Shown here one piece after another: positions 26,489 through 36,066 of a stretch of DNA of 64,000 nucleotides. The stretch lies in the IMG/VR virus record IMGVR_UViG_3300032163_000007, positions 21,587 through 85,586 of that record. One strand, 5' to 3'. The DNA is from a virus (taxonomy: Duplodnaviria; Heunggongvirae; Uroviricota; Caudoviricetes). Each line of letters opens with the position of its first letter. The stretch's first letter is position 1. Made by a program: the position numbers and the translations under genes. Under the pieces are notes generated by a model. It saw nothing but the letters and a program-made list of their open reading frames with translations, was not told where the DNA came from and searched no databases.

Positions 26489-26947
26489 TTGAAAACTCCA
26501 CAACTCGAACTTGCTGTCGTAAAATGGCTCAACCCCAGAATGAATCTCATTGTACCCAATGTGAGTTGGGGTCTTGTGAATCACGAGTGTGATCTATTAT
26601 CTATGTCCAAGTCTGGGTATCTAACAGAGATAGAACTAAAGGTATCCAAGTCAGATCTAATGAATGACTTCAAGAAGAGTCATACTCACTACGATAAGAA
26701 GATCAAGTATTTCTACTATGCCGTTCCAGAAGAATTAAAGGCTGTAGCTTTAGAGGTTATTCCTAAAGAGGCTGGACTCATAATAGCCTATAAAGCTAGG
26801 AATGGCCATATAAAAGCTGATGCCATTAAGTCTCCTATAGCTAGACCTGCAAAGGCTCTTAGTGATAAGGACCAGTTCCAACTGGCGCGTCTAGGCACCA
26901 TGAGAATTTGGAGCCTAAAGACGAAACTCCTAAAATACTTAAAGTAA
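26489..26947 (+). CDS. hypothetical protein (possible PD-(D/E)xK fold)
   Basis: TTG start; 'ECDLL...EIELK' resembles a D..E.K nuclease core (weak). Confidence 0.3.
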   Translation: MKTPQLELAVVKWLNPRMNLIVPNVSWGLVNHECDLLSMSKSGYLTEIELKVSKSDLMNDFKKSHTHYDKKIKYFYYAVPEELKAVALEVIPKEAGLIIAYKARNGHIKADAIKSPIARPAKALSDKDQFQLARLGTMRIWSLKTKLLKYLK

Positions 26948-26975
26948 GTTTTTTCTAAACCCTAGTAATCTACAT
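26941..26975 (+). promoter_or_regulatory. promoter-like motif AAAGTAAGTTTTTT-N-CCTAGTAAT
   Basis: Copy of the recurring motif; the upstream gene's TAA stop lies inside it. Confidence 0.45.
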
Positions 26976-26996
26976 CACAAAATAGAAGGAGTATGT

Positions 26997-27560
26997 ATGA
27001 AACTAAGTGTTAAGCAGATGTTATTATTGGGTGCGTTAGGTTTGTTACTTGTAGTGGGACTATTCGTAGGTGGAAGCTATATTAGCTACAGCAATAAAGA
27101 GGTTGGATTGCGTAATTTGATTACAGCTAAGATGACAGATAACCGCAGTGAGTATGATAACATGTGGAAGAAGATTTCTCAGATCGCACAAGTCAGCCAA
27201 AAAGATCGTGAATCCTTGAGTGAGTTGTTTAACGGCTATGCTAGTGCTCGTAATACCGGGGGTAAGAACCAGGTCATGACATGGATTAAGGAAAGCGTCC
27301 CAAACGTAGACAGCAAAACTTATACAAACCTGCAAAATATTATTGCATCGAGCCGCGACAGCTGGACACAGCGTCAAAAAGAGCTTATCGATTACAACCG
27401 AGAGCATGATAATTTGATCACCATGTTCCCCAGTTCATTGTTCGTAGGTAAGCGTGGTAAGATTGAGATCAAGATCGTTACTAGCACTAAAACAGAGACT
27501 ACGTTTCAAACGGGTAAAGATGATGATGTTGATATGTTTGCTGATCCTAAGCGTAGATAG
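26997..27560 (+). CDS. LemA-family membrane protein
   Basis: N-terminal TM; 'DYNREHDNLITMFPSSLFVG' matches the LemA C-terminal signature (YN..I..FP). Confidence 0.6.
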   Translation: MKLSVKQMLLLGALGLLLVVGLFVGGSYISYSNKEVGLRNLITAKMTDNRSEYDNMWKKISQIAQVSQKDRESLSELFNGYASARNTGGKNQVMTWIKESVPNVDSKTYTNLQNIIASSRDSWTQRQKELIDYNREHDNLITMFPSSLFVGKRGKIEIKIVTSTKTETTFQTGKDDDVDMFADPKRR

Positions 27561-27569
27561 GAGCTAACT

Positions 27570-28658
27570 ATGTGGATGATGTACTTAATAGCTTTGATCC
27601 CGATAGTCGTAGGAATGTTCCTATGGGCATTTTCTAAGAGAATAACACTCACTGAGTACCTACTCTCTTGTTTAACAGGCATTGTTGTTACAGTACTAAT
27701 CACCCTCCTCATGGCACTCGGCATGACTGGGGACATCGAGACCTGGTCAGGCCTAGTTACCAAAGCCACACATATTCCTACCTGGGTTAACACCTATGAG
27801 CAGGCTCACTATGTCACAGTAGGTAAGACTACAACCGTATACTACACCACTGAGTACAACACTAACCCAGAGCACTGGGTTGCTGAGGCTACCCTTGGAA
27901 GTAGGGGCGCTGAAATTGGTATCAGTGAGGCCAGGTATAATGATATCTTAAAGAAGTTTGGCAGAGAAGTAGTAGTTAATGGGAGTAGGCCTAGTTATCA
28001 TTCTGGAGATAGGAATGACTACGTTGCTGTTAACGATAGCAAATACGTCTATCCAATCACACAGGAGTATAGTTTTACAAATAAGGTAAAGGCTTGTCCT
28101 AGTGTGTTTTCATACACGAAGGTATCTCCTGGAATTAAGGTGTTCGAATACCCCAAGAACGAGGACCTCTTTAAGTCAGATAGACTCATGGGAGAAGCCA
28201 AGAAAGACTTCAACATCTACGAGTTTGACAAGTTAAACACGGCAGTAGGTATGAAGATCTGGGCAAACATCATAATTGTAGGTTTTAAGGGGCAGGACTC
28301 TAAGATTGCCCAACTACAAGAGGCAAAGTGGGTCGGTGGAAAGAAGAATGACCTAGTCATTTGCTATTCCAAAGAACCCAAATGGGCTTATGTGTTTGGA
28401 TGGACTGAGAATGAACAGGTAAAGCGAAATCTCGAAGAGCTGTTTACTATCGGAACGATCAGTGGTAATATGTTACCTCAGATCCAAGAAGTAGTTATGA
28501 AGGATTATAAGATTAAAGACTGGTCTAAGTTTGATTACTTGACTGTAGAACCTCCGGGCTGGGCATTTGCTCTCTTGATCGCTTTGATGCTGCTAACGCA
28601 GTTTGGGTACTACTGGTGGGCATTTACGAATGGAGAAGATAAAGATGAAAGTATTTAA
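27570..28658 (+). CDS. membrane protein (DUF2207-like partner of LemA): N-terminal TMs, large central domain, C-terminal TM
   Basis: Hydrophobic N- and C-termini; adjacent to the LemA gene, as is often seen in bacteria. Confidence 0.4.
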   Translation: MWMMYLIALIPIVVGMFLWAFSKRITLTEYLLSCLTGIVVTVLITLLMALGMTGDIETWSGLVTKATHIPTWVNTYEQAHYVTVGKTTTVYYTTEYNTNPEHWVAEATLGSRGAEIGISEARYNDILKKFGREVVVNGSRPSYHSGDRNDYVAVNDSKYVYPITQEYSFTNKVKACPSVFSYTKVSPGIKVFEYPKNEDLFKSDRLMGEAKKDFNIYEFDKLNTAVGMKIWANIIIVGFKGQDSKIAQLQEAKWVGGKKNDLVICYSKEPKWAYVFGWTENEQVKRNLEELFTIGTISGNMLPQIQEVVMKDYKIKDWSKFDYLTVEPPGWAFALLIALMLLTQFGYYWWAFTNGEDKDESI

Positions 28659-29799
28659 GAAGGACAATTTAATAATCAAAAGCTGGTGTGAGAATCCCGA
28701 GCAAGGTGCGCTGGACCAAGCATTCAATACAGCATCGGCTCCCTATATATTTAGACAAGTATGCCTAATGCCCGATACCCATCAAGGTTATGGCGTTCCC
28801 ATTGGGGGCGTAGTTGCGACTAAAGGAGTTATTCTTCCTGAAGCCGTAGGAGTTGACATTGGATGTGGGATGATCGCCGTAGAAACGAGTATTGACGTAC
28901 CCAGTGTTGATCAAATTAAGGCTGTGATGGGAAAGATTCGTGCAGTTATTCCTGTTGGAATGAATCACAGAGCAGATAAGTGCCCCATCTCTGCCATGCC
29001 TAGCATAGGAGACATCATCAGCAATGGTATCGTGGAACGAGAGTTTGAGTCAGCTAGAAAGCAACTTGGAACTCTTGGAAGCGGAAACCACTTCTTAGAA
29101 CTACAAAAGGATGCTAAAGGCAAGCTTTGGGTCATGATCCACAGCGGAAGCAGAAACATTGGATACAAGGTTGCAGAGCACTACATCGATGAAGCCAAGC
29201 TTCTGAATAAAATGTGGTACACAAACACTCCTGAAGAGATTTGTATGCTACCCGCTGACTCAGAACTAGGAATAGCCTATGCTGCTGAAATGCAATACTG
29301 CGTTGACTTCGCTCTGGCGAATCGAAAGATGATGCTTGATGACGTTATGGCTATTATCAGCCACGATCTAGGAGCTAGCTTCAAAGAGCCTATAAACATA
29401 GCGCATAACTATGCAGCTATTGAGCACCACTACGGAGAGAACGTAATAGTTCATCGCAAGGGTGCTACTAGAGCTAGACTCGGTGAATTAGGAATTATTC
29501 CTGGGAGTCAAGGAACAAAGTCGTATATTGTTGAGGGTCTCGGCAATCCTGAGAGCTTTCAAAGCTGCAGTCATGGTGCTGGGCGTACAATGGGCCGTAA
29601 AGAGGCTACACGAGTTTTAGATCTAGTTGCTGAGATTAAGATACTGGATGACCAAGGAATTGTTCACGGTATTAGAACTGCCAAGGACCTTGAAGAGGCT
29701 ACAAGTGCCTACAAGGACATCGATATAGTCATGGAAGAACAAAAGGATCTTGTTAAGATTGTTACTGAGTTGCTCCCTGTAGCAGTAATAAAGGGGTAA
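28645..29799 (+). CDS. rtcB: RtcB RNA 3'-phosphate/5'-OH ligase
   Basis: RtcB motifs PDTHQGYGVPIGG, GCGM, GSGNHF, HSGSRN, NYAAIEHH, HRKGAT, IPGSQG, SHGAGR. Confidence 0.85.
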   Translation: MKVFKKDNLIIKSWCENPEQGALDQAFNTASAPYIFRQVCLMPDTHQGYGVPIGGVVATKGVILPEAVGVDIGCGMIAVETSIDVPSVDQIKAVMGKIRAVIPVGMNHRADKCPISAMPSIGDIISNGIVEREFESARKQLGTLGSGNHFLELQKDAKGKLWVMIHSGSRNIGYKVAEHYIDEAKLLNKMWYTNTPEEICMLPADSELGIAYAAEMQYCVDFALANRKMMLDDVMAIISHDLGASFKEPINIAHNYAAIEHHYGENVIVHRKGATRARLGELGIIPGSQGTKSYIVEGLGNPESFQSCSHGAGRTMGRKEATRVLDLVAEIKILDDQGIVHGIRTAKDLEEATSAYKDIDIVMEEQKDLVKIVTELLPVAVIKG

Positions 29800-29800
29800 C

Positions 29801-30022
29801 ATGGTAAAATTCTACAAGATGGTCTTGTATGTGATTGACTACAATGGAGTCTACGAAGATGGAGTTGAAGATATCGTAACAGAGCTCGACAACTCCATCG
29901 ACGCGGGCATAACGCTAGGTAGAGTTAAGACTACGAATATTGATTGGGATGATGACCATGAGTTGAATGACACTCGCGCAACAATTGAGGATCACGATAG
30001 GTACTTTGATAAATGCAAATAG
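29801..30022 (+). CDS. hypothetical acidic protein
   Basis: Listed ORF. Confidence 0.35.
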   Translation: MVKFYKMVLYVIDYNGVYEDGVEDIVTELDNSIDAGITLGRVKTTNIDWDDDHELNDTRATIEDHDRYFDKCK

Positions 30023-30321
30023 GTAACAAAGCCACCTATGAGGAGTTCAACATTAGGAAGTTTGGAGAGCCTTTTGTTGAGCACGTCAAGAAGCGCATGT
30101 ATCTCGAATTGGGTAAATTCTTAACTGGTAAGATTCCCATAGACGAGCGAAAGACTATTGATCCACGTGGCTTCGACGCCACAGAGTATTCAGTAAAAGC
30201 TATAGTTCTGAGTTGGGAGAAGTGGAAATACATCGAGGCGATGCTCAGGGGCATATCCATATCTGCGAATCAATATGAGACGGCGCACGAAATTATTAGA
30301 ATGACGAAAGAGGAGTTATAA
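30013..30321 (+). CDS. hypothetical protein
   Basis: Listed ORF. Confidence 0.35.
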   Translation: MQIGNKATYEEFNIRKFGEPFVEHVKKRMYLELGKFLTGKIPIDERKTIDPRGFDATEYSVKAIVLSWEKWKYIEAMLRGISISANQYETAHEIIRMTKEEL

Positions 30322-31562
30322 TGGCTGATATACTAATAGGTTTGCAGTTTGGTGACGAGGGTAAGGGTAAGATCACAGATATACTATCCAAAGACGTCGA
30401 TACGGTCATACGCTTTCAGGGTGGGGCCAATGCTGGACATACCATTGTAGTAGATGGCAAGGAGTACAAACTTCACATGGTTCCAAGTGGTATCATCCAG
30501 GGCAAGCAGTGCCTCATTGGAAATGGCTGCGTAGTGGATTTTGACCAGGTAGAAAAAGAGTTTGCCATGCTAACTGCTGCAGGCCATGACATCTCCCTAA
30601 TTAAGATCAGTAAACTAGCACACGTAGTTGTGCCAGAGTACAAGAAATTGGACTCCCAACAAGAGGAAGGCCGCACAAATAAAATAGGCACAACTCAAAG
30701 AGGTATTGGACCCACATATGAGGCTAAAATCGCTCGTCGTGGTATTCAAGTAGGAGAATGTTATGAGCCCTTCATTACTATGGACCGACTCAGAGCCACT
30801 CTTAGTGGGGTTTATTTAGATGAGGAAATTAGAGACATCGCCTATAGGCTCAGAGCGCAGACTGACAAACTTCAGAGTCACTTCGTTGATGGTATTGAGT
30901 TTGTACAGGCTCTATTAGAATCTAATCAGAGAATTCTCTTAGAGGGGGCTCAAGGAACTCTTCTTGACGTAGACTTTGGTAGTTATCCGTACGTCACATC
31001 ATCCTCAACTACTGCAGGCGGAGCCTGTACTGGCTCTGGAATTAGCCCTCTTCACATTGAAAATATCTGGGGAGTATTTAAGGCCTATGTGACTAGAGTT
31101 GGAGAAGGTCCTTTTGACACTGAAGATTGCAAGTATGGGCAAGAGCGCCCTGACGGTACCTTTGAAGACGCTGAAGCATATATCAGAGAAAAAGGCCATG
31201 AGTTCGGTACAACCACGGGACGTCCTCGTCGTATAGGTTGGTTGGACCTCCCCGCTCTTAAGAGAGCCATAGCCATCAACGGCTGCAATAGATTGGCTAT
31301 GATGAAGTTAGATGTCTTATCTGGACTAGATCTAATTAAGGTTTGCTACGATTATCTCGACAACCGCATCTACACTGACGAATGGACTCCGATGTATGAA
31401 GAGTTTGAAGGCTGGACAGAGGACATCAGTGGAATCACTAACTACTTTGAGTTACCCCTAAATGCTCAAAAACTTATAGTGTATATCGAGAATGAGATAG
31501 GTAGATCATTAGATATAATTAGTACAAGCAATGATAGGAGCAAGGTGATCAATCTTGACTAG
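30321..31562 (+). CDS. adenylosuccinate synthetase family protein (PurA homolog; candidate PurZ)
   Basis: 'GLQFGDEGKGKITD' and 'RFQGGANAGHT' are PurA P-loop and His motifs; full-length (413 aa). Confidence 0.8.
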   Translation: MADILIGLQFGDEGKGKITDILSKDVDTVIRFQGGANAGHTIVVDGKEYKLHMVPSGIIQGKQCLIGNGCVVDFDQVEKEFAMLTAAGHDISLIKISKLAHVVVPEYKKLDSQQEEGRTNKIGTTQRGIGPTYEAKIARRGIQVGECYEPFITMDRLRATLSGVYLDEEIRDIAYRLRAQTDKLQSHFVDGIEFVQALLESNQRILLEGAQGTLLDVDFGSYPYVTSSSTTAGGACTGSGISPLHIENIWGVFKAYVTRVGEGPFDTEDCKYGQERPDGTFEDAEAYIREKGHEFGTTTGRPRRIGWLDLPALKRAIAINGCNRLAMMKLDVLSGLDLIKVCYDYLDNRIYTDEWTPMYEEFEGWTEDISGITNYFELPLNAQKLIVYIENEIGRSLDIISTSNDRSKVINLD

Positions 31563-31743
31563 CCCCTTTAAATTAGGTGACTTTGTTTGGTGTATGGGAG
31601 AAGGCTTTACATATGTGGGTCAACTCGAGGATGGCGAGATAATGCTCGTACGACCTATACAGGGTCATCCTTTCCATGTGCTAGAAACTGAGTACGTCTA
31701 TGCAGAGGATATGGCGAAATTCTATAAGGAGAATGGCAGATGA
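31555..31743 (+). CDS. hypothetical protein
   Basis: Listed ORF. Confidence 0.35.
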   Translation: MTSPFKLGDFVWCMGEGFTYVGQLEDGEIMLVRPIQGHPFHVLETEYVYAEDMAKFYKENGR

Positions 31744-32231
31744 GACTTGAACAAATCAGTCTTCTTGACTGTGAAGTCATGGCGAAGCAGCTTGCAAAGG
31801 TTGACGCTGAAGATGGGCAGAGTACTTGGATTTATGACGAGGCTATGCATCGGAACGCTGAATATTTCTCTATTATGCAGAAGAACCCCATAGGCTTTGT
31901 TGTGCTTAAAAAGGGTGGCTTTGGAGAGGTGTTGTTCTGGTTGAGCATAGAGCCCTCCAAGAGATATGGCAGTGCGGGAGCGCTCGCGACTTACATAGCG
32001 TTGAACTATGCCTTTGAGAAGCTTAAGGCCAAGTGTATCCTCAGCGATGTATTCCAAGATAATACCAAGTCGATGAAGATCCACAAGGCAATCTTTGTTA
32101 AGCATGACGACAAGCGTATAGTGAATAACAAAAAGGTAACAACTTTTGTTATGACTAGGAACAAGTTTGAAGCCAATAAAGAGATGTATGATAGAGTAGG
32201 AAGGGCTTTACGTGACAGTAACTACATTTAA
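31740..32231 (+). CDS. GNAT-like N-acetyltransferase
   Basis: 'RYGSAGALATYIALNYAF' resembles GNAT motif A (R..G.G/A). Confidence 0.4.
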   Translation: MRLEQISLLDCEVMAKQLAKVDAEDGQSTWIYDEAMHRNAEYFSIMQKNPIGFVVLKKGGFGEVLFWLSIEPSKRYGSAGALATYIALNYAFEKLKAKCILSDVFQDNTKSMKIHKAIFVKHDDKRIVNNKKVTTFVMTRNKFEANKEMYDRVGRALRDSNYI

Positions 32232-32322
32232 AGAAGCCTTCCAACAGGTATAGAGCTCCACAGTAACAGCTCAATATGTGAAAGCTAGGCTTGAGAAGGA
32301 AGCTGCTGAACCCAGAGACCCC

Positions 32323-32679
32323 ATGGACGAGGTGGTTCAGTATATTGTTGTACGCAAGGACCTCAACATGAGTAAAGGTAAGATGGCTGCACAAGTGGCA
32401 CATGCCAGCATTGCTACTGTCTATCCCTACCTATGGGACGCTGAGGTAAAGACATGGTTGGACAGGGCCTTCACAAAGATTATCTTAGAAGTAAAGAATC
32501 TAGCAGCTCTAGAAAAACTGGAACGTATGTGTATTGAGCGTCACATGGTGTTCAAGACAATAGTAGATAATGGCCGAACAGAGGTGGAGCCTAATACGCC
32601 CACATGCTTAGGGTTTAAGCCCTATAAAAAATCCCAGCTCGGTGACTTTCTCAAAAAGTACCAACTGTACAAAGATTAA
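32323..32679 (+). CDS. peptidyl-tRNA hydrolase, PTH2 family
   Basis: 'YIVVRKDLNMSKGKMAAQVAHAS' and 'DNGRTEVEPNTPTCLGFKP' match PTH2 conserved blocks; start set at the Met that gives a ~118-aa PTH2-sized product. Confidence 0.7.
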   Translation: MDEVVQYIVVRKDLNMSKGKMAAQVAHASIATVYPYLWDAEVKTWLDRAFTKIILEVKNLAALEKLERMCIERHMVFKTIVDNGRTEVEPNTPTCLGFKPYKKSQLGDFLKKYQLYKD

Positions 32680-32711
32680 AGTAAGTTTTCAAAAAGTTTA
32701 TAGGAGTATAT
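32677..32711 (+). promoter_or_regulatory. promoter-like motif TAAAGTAAGTTTTC-N-TTTATAGGAG
   Basis: Copy of the recurring motif. Confidence 0.45.
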
Positions 32712-33047
32712 ATGCAATCAATAAATATAGCAGGCCATCAAATAGACCTATACATAAGTCCCTCCCTAGAGGCGTTTAACCCACAAAATAGAGGCCTATT
32801 CGATCACAATAAAAATGACATATACATAGACAGCCATTTAGATAAAGATCTAAAGCAAGCAACTCTCGCACATGAGGTGCTTCACGCCATTTTTATGAGA
32901 AGTGGTGGAGAGAAATACTTGCAAGGCTTTGGTGTGGACGATGAGGCTGTCGAAACTCTAGTCCAGATTCTAGAGAATACCTTTTTTACATTCTTAAGGG
33001 GTAACACCAACTTTTACGAAAAAATTAATTTAGAAGGCGAGAAATAA
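32712..33047 (+). CDS. small HExxH metallopeptidase-like protein
   Basis: 'LAHEVLHAIF' zincin motif. Confidence 0.4.
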   Translation: MQSINIAGHQIDLYISPSLEAFNPQNRGLFDHNKNDIYIDSHLDKDLKQATLAHEVLHAIFMRSGGEKYLQGFGVDDEAVETLVQILENTFFTFLRGNTNFYEKINLEGEK

Positions 33048-33673
33048 TGGAAGAAGTATATGAGAAGACTATAATAGAGGCGCTTAATAAAGACCCAGCG
33101 GTGGCTCTACGTGATATCGCTGGAGCAGCCTCAAAAGCTGCGATTAGGACAAAGAAGAGGTTAGTTGGTCCATGGGGAAGGATCAAGTATGTTACTAAAA
33201 GGCTCAAGATGCGTTTACGAGGCGACTATGTTTGGCCTTCTAACTCTAGAGCACCAAATGATGATTCCAAGTTCATTACAGAAAATATGGAGAGAGCCTT
33301 TAGAAAACTTCCTCTAATATCCTTTGAAGAGGCTACTGCTCCCACTATCAGTCTTACTAAGACTGTAAAAGACATTGCCGAGAAGTATGAACTTGATCAG
33401 CCTACTGGGAACCTGAGTATACATGAATTTCGAATGAAACTCAAAGCGGATGCCGATCTGAAAGAGATGGAGTTTGAGGAGTTGAAGGCGGTTACTGAGG
33501 AGAGTCAGGGCCCTCCTCGCTGGGGTGACATGACAGAGAAGAGGTATAATCGCCTAACTAAACAATCTAATATAGAGATAGTCAAGGTTCAACAGGAGAT
33601 AGTGAGAAATCGTATAGAGTTTCCACGAAATCTAACAGAGTTTACCCAAGACTACAGAGGAGTGAAAAGATGA
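33047..33673 (+). CDS. hypothetical protein
   Basis: Listed ORF. Confidence 0.35.
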   Translation: MEEVYEKTIIEALNKDPAVALRDIAGAASKAAIRTKKRLVGPWGRIKYVTKRLKMRLRGDYVWPSNSRAPNDDSKFITENMERAFRKLPLISFEEATAPTISLTKTVKDIAEKYELDQPTGNLSIHEFRMKLKADADLKEMEFEELKAVTEESQGPPRWGDMTEKRYNRLTKQSNIEIVKVQQEIVRNRIEFPRNLTEFTQDYRGVKR

Positions 33674-34038
33674 CAAAAATACAAATACTTAAGAATGGAG
33701 CCTGTTTTGTAGGAGACGTTCTCATAGAAGACGCCTTTTTTATGTTTAAGCCTGAGGGGCTTGAGGTCATAGGGTTGGCAAGACATCGCAGACACTCCTG
33801 GGATAACATTACTGAGGATGATAGTGACTACTGGAAAGAAATTGATCCAGACTGTATTGAGACTCGTAAGAGACTTTTCTCTAAGAAGACCTATGGGTTT
33901 GTTGCAGCTGGTTTCCACTATCTTAAGAAATGTGAGGACTTCCAGTTGCTTACTAATAATTACGTAATCGTCGGTAATTACGAGCCGTATGTAGTAAAAG
34001 AGGGTATGGGATTAACGCGGTTCACAGAAAACGGTTAA
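33670..34038 (+). CDS. hypothetical protein (first gene of the deazaguanine island)
   Basis: Listed ORF; translationally coupled to the queD homolog. Confidence 0.35.
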   Translation: MTKIQILKNGACFVGDVLIEDAFFMFKPEGLEVIGLARHRRHSWDNITEDDSDYWKEIDPDCIETRKRLFSKKTYGFVAAGFHYLKKCEDFQLLTNNYVIVGNYEPYVVKEGMGLTRFTENG

Positions 34039-34051
34039 GAAAGGACAGAAG

Positions 34052-34555
34052 ATGATCATAAGAAAAAGTTTTAAGTTAGAGATGGGTCATAGAGTAGTAG
34101 GTTCCTATACAACGGGATGCCAAAGCAATCACGGACATAGTGCCGTAGTGGAGCTGTTTTTAGAGGCTAAGACATTGGATCACACAGGAATGATTATTGA
34201 TTTTACTGAGGTTAAAGATCTTCTTGGAGACTTTTTCAACCAGTTCGATCACCGCACACTAGTATGGGACCAAGACGTTGAGTATTTGGAAGCTCTGGAG
34301 AAGCTAGGTTTTGCTCTCATGATAGTGCCTTATAACAGTACTGCAGAGAACATCAGTAAGCACATGTACCAGTTTGTTAGAGAAGCCCTTAAGAACCGCG
34401 TTAGAGTGGCAAGTGTGCGCTACCACGAAACTGTCACGGGTTATGCTGAATACTTTGTGGAAGACTACGACAGAGACGCCATGAACAACAACCTGTTTGA
34501 TCTCAGTCATGTGTTCTTGTCAGAAGCTACATGCATTAAGGAGTACCAACGATGA
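34052..34555 (+). CDS. queD: 6-carboxy-5,6,7,8-tetrahydropterin synthase QueD (PTPS family)
   Basis: 'EMGHRVVGSYTTGCQSNHGHS' (H..C..HGH zinc/catalytic motif); 'TGMIIDFTEVKDL'. Confidence 0.75.
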   Translation: MIIRKSFKLEMGHRVVGSYTTGCQSNHGHSAVVELFLEAKTLDHTGMIIDFTEVKDLLGDFFNQFDHRTLVWDQDVEYLEALEKLGFALMIVPYNSTAENISKHMYQFVREALKNRVRVASVRYHETVTGYAEYFVEDYDRDAMNNNLFDLSHVFLSEATCIKEYQR

Positions 34556-35220
34556 AAATAAATACAATATACCCAGCAATCGAAGGAGAGGGAGTCCGAG
34601 TAGGCACTCCTCAGCTATTCATCCGTACACAAGGATGTAGTATTGGATGTAAGAATTGTGACACTGTGGGATCTTGGAATCCTAACACAGGCACAGAAAT
34701 GTCAGTGAAAGAAATCTTTCAAAAGGTCATTGATAGTGGTCTTGACTCAATTAGCATCACCGGAGGCAACCCCCTAGAACAGGATCTCTACGACCTAGTG
34801 GGATTACTTCACCGAAGAAATTTTACAGTTAATATCGAGATCACTGGCCAAGACAATGACGAAGAGGTTCTTGACTTAGTAGACTTTATTAGTTGTGACA
34901 TCAAGACTCCGTCCACTGGGGTTACAGCTAATCTAGATATTATCGACGACATCTTAAAAAGCTATGGCCACTGCACACAGATCAAGTGCGTATGTGCTGA
35001 CCAAGCTGACTTAGACTTCATTATCGATTGTTACAACCGGTTCAAAGATAGACTTGATTACCATATGGTTATCACGCCTTGTTGGACAGAGCGCGCAAGT
35101 GCTGCTGATGTTGAGTTTATTGATCATATCATGAAAACTGTTATGGATAACAACTACCACATGCGAGTCATTGTACAACAGCATAAGCTACTCTTCGGAA
35201 GTAAACGCGGCGACGTATGA
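34552..35220 (+). CDS. queE: 7-carboxy-7-deazaguanine synthase QueE (radical SAM)
   Basis: 'LFIRTQGCSIGCKNCDT' matches the QueE CxxxCxxC-D motif; 'ITGGNPL'. Confidence 0.75.
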   Translation: MKINTIYPAIEGEGVRVGTPQLFIRTQGCSIGCKNCDTVGSWNPNTGTEMSVKEIFQKVIDSGLDSISITGGNPLEQDLYDLVGLLHRRNFTVNIEITGQDNDEEVLDLVDFISCDIKTPSTGVTANLDIIDDILKSYGHCTQIKCVCADQADLDFIIDCYNRFKDRLDYHMVITPCWTERASAADVEFIDHIMKTVMDNNYHMRVIVQQHKLLFGSKRGDV

Positions 35221-35357
35221 TTGAGCGTTTATTAAAGCAACTACCACTAAGCGTCAGGAGAAAGATATATGAGATCCTTCGCGAGGAGTTTGAGTGGACC
35301 AGAGAAAAGATTGATGCAGCAATAGACAAGATTATAGAGGAGAACCAACCAAAATGA
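35217..35357 (+). CDS. small hypothetical ORF (46 aa), overlaps the queE stop and the PRTase start
   Basis: Found by eye between listed ORFs. Confidence 0.25.
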   Translation: MIERLLKQLPLSVRRKIYEILREEFEWTREKIDAAIDKIIEENQPK

Positions 35358-35782
35358 ATGTTATTACTTGGAAGCAGTATTTAAAAGATATTGATAAATT
35401 GGCAAGTAAGATTACTGAGAAGTTTGATTACATCTGGGGCATTCCCAGAGGTGGGCTAATTCCTGCTGTAATCCTAGCTCACAAGCTTGATATTCCTCTC
35501 GTGTCTGATAGAAAGATGTTAAGCATGAGGAATGATTATAAGCTTCTAATTGTGGATGACCTCTACGAGACAGGTAAAGCTCTATGTGAGGCAATAGCAA
35601 TGCTACCTTCAAAGGTTAGCTGGAGATCTGCTGTAGTTTATACCAAAGCGGATAAAGAGATCGCACACTATTCTGGTCCTCTGATGGATAAAGATGCTTG
35701 GATTGTGTTTCCCTACGAAAAAGTAGAAAACGCTGAAACAGATAGTGTGGAATATCAATTAAGTCGAAAGGATAAAGTATGA
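35354..35782 (+). CDS. type I purine phosphoribosyltransferase (Gpt/XGPRT-like)
   Basis: 'WGIPRGGLIPAVILAHKLDIPLV' and PRPP motif 'LLIVDDLYETGKAL'; 142 aa, the size of E. coli Gpt. Confidence 0.6.
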   Translation: MNVITWKQYLKDIDKLASKITEKFDYIWGIPRGGLIPAVILAHKLDIPLVSDRKMLSMRNDYKLLIVDDLYETGKALCEAIAMLPSKVSWRSAVVYTKADKEIAHYSGPLMDKDAWIVFPYEKVENAETDSVEYQLSRKDKV

Positions 35783-36066
35783 ACTATAAAGAGTGCGATA
35801 ACCTATTTTGGAAAAAGGTTCGTAAAGCCTCAGGCTTAAAGAATACGTATAGACTGAGTAAGGCTTGCAGACTAGCGTGTTATGAGATAGGTAAGCTTAT
35901 GTTAAAGGCTGCGGGTATGCCTATTAGTGTCTATAAGTCAGACCTAGCTGAGTGGCTAGTGTTGAAAGAGGATTATAGGGCGGCTGCTTTTGAGATGTTC
36001 GACACAGCTCAGTTCAAAAGCAAAATACAAGAGGTAACGTCGAGCTACCCAGAGGAGGGTAAGTAA
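35779..36066 (+). CDS. hypothetical protein
   Basis: Listed ORF. Confidence 0.35.
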   Translation: MNYKECDNLFWKKVRKASGLKNTYRLSKACRLACYEIGKLMLKAAGMPISVYKSDLAEWLVLKEDYRAAAFEMFDTAQFKSKIQEVTSSYPEEGK

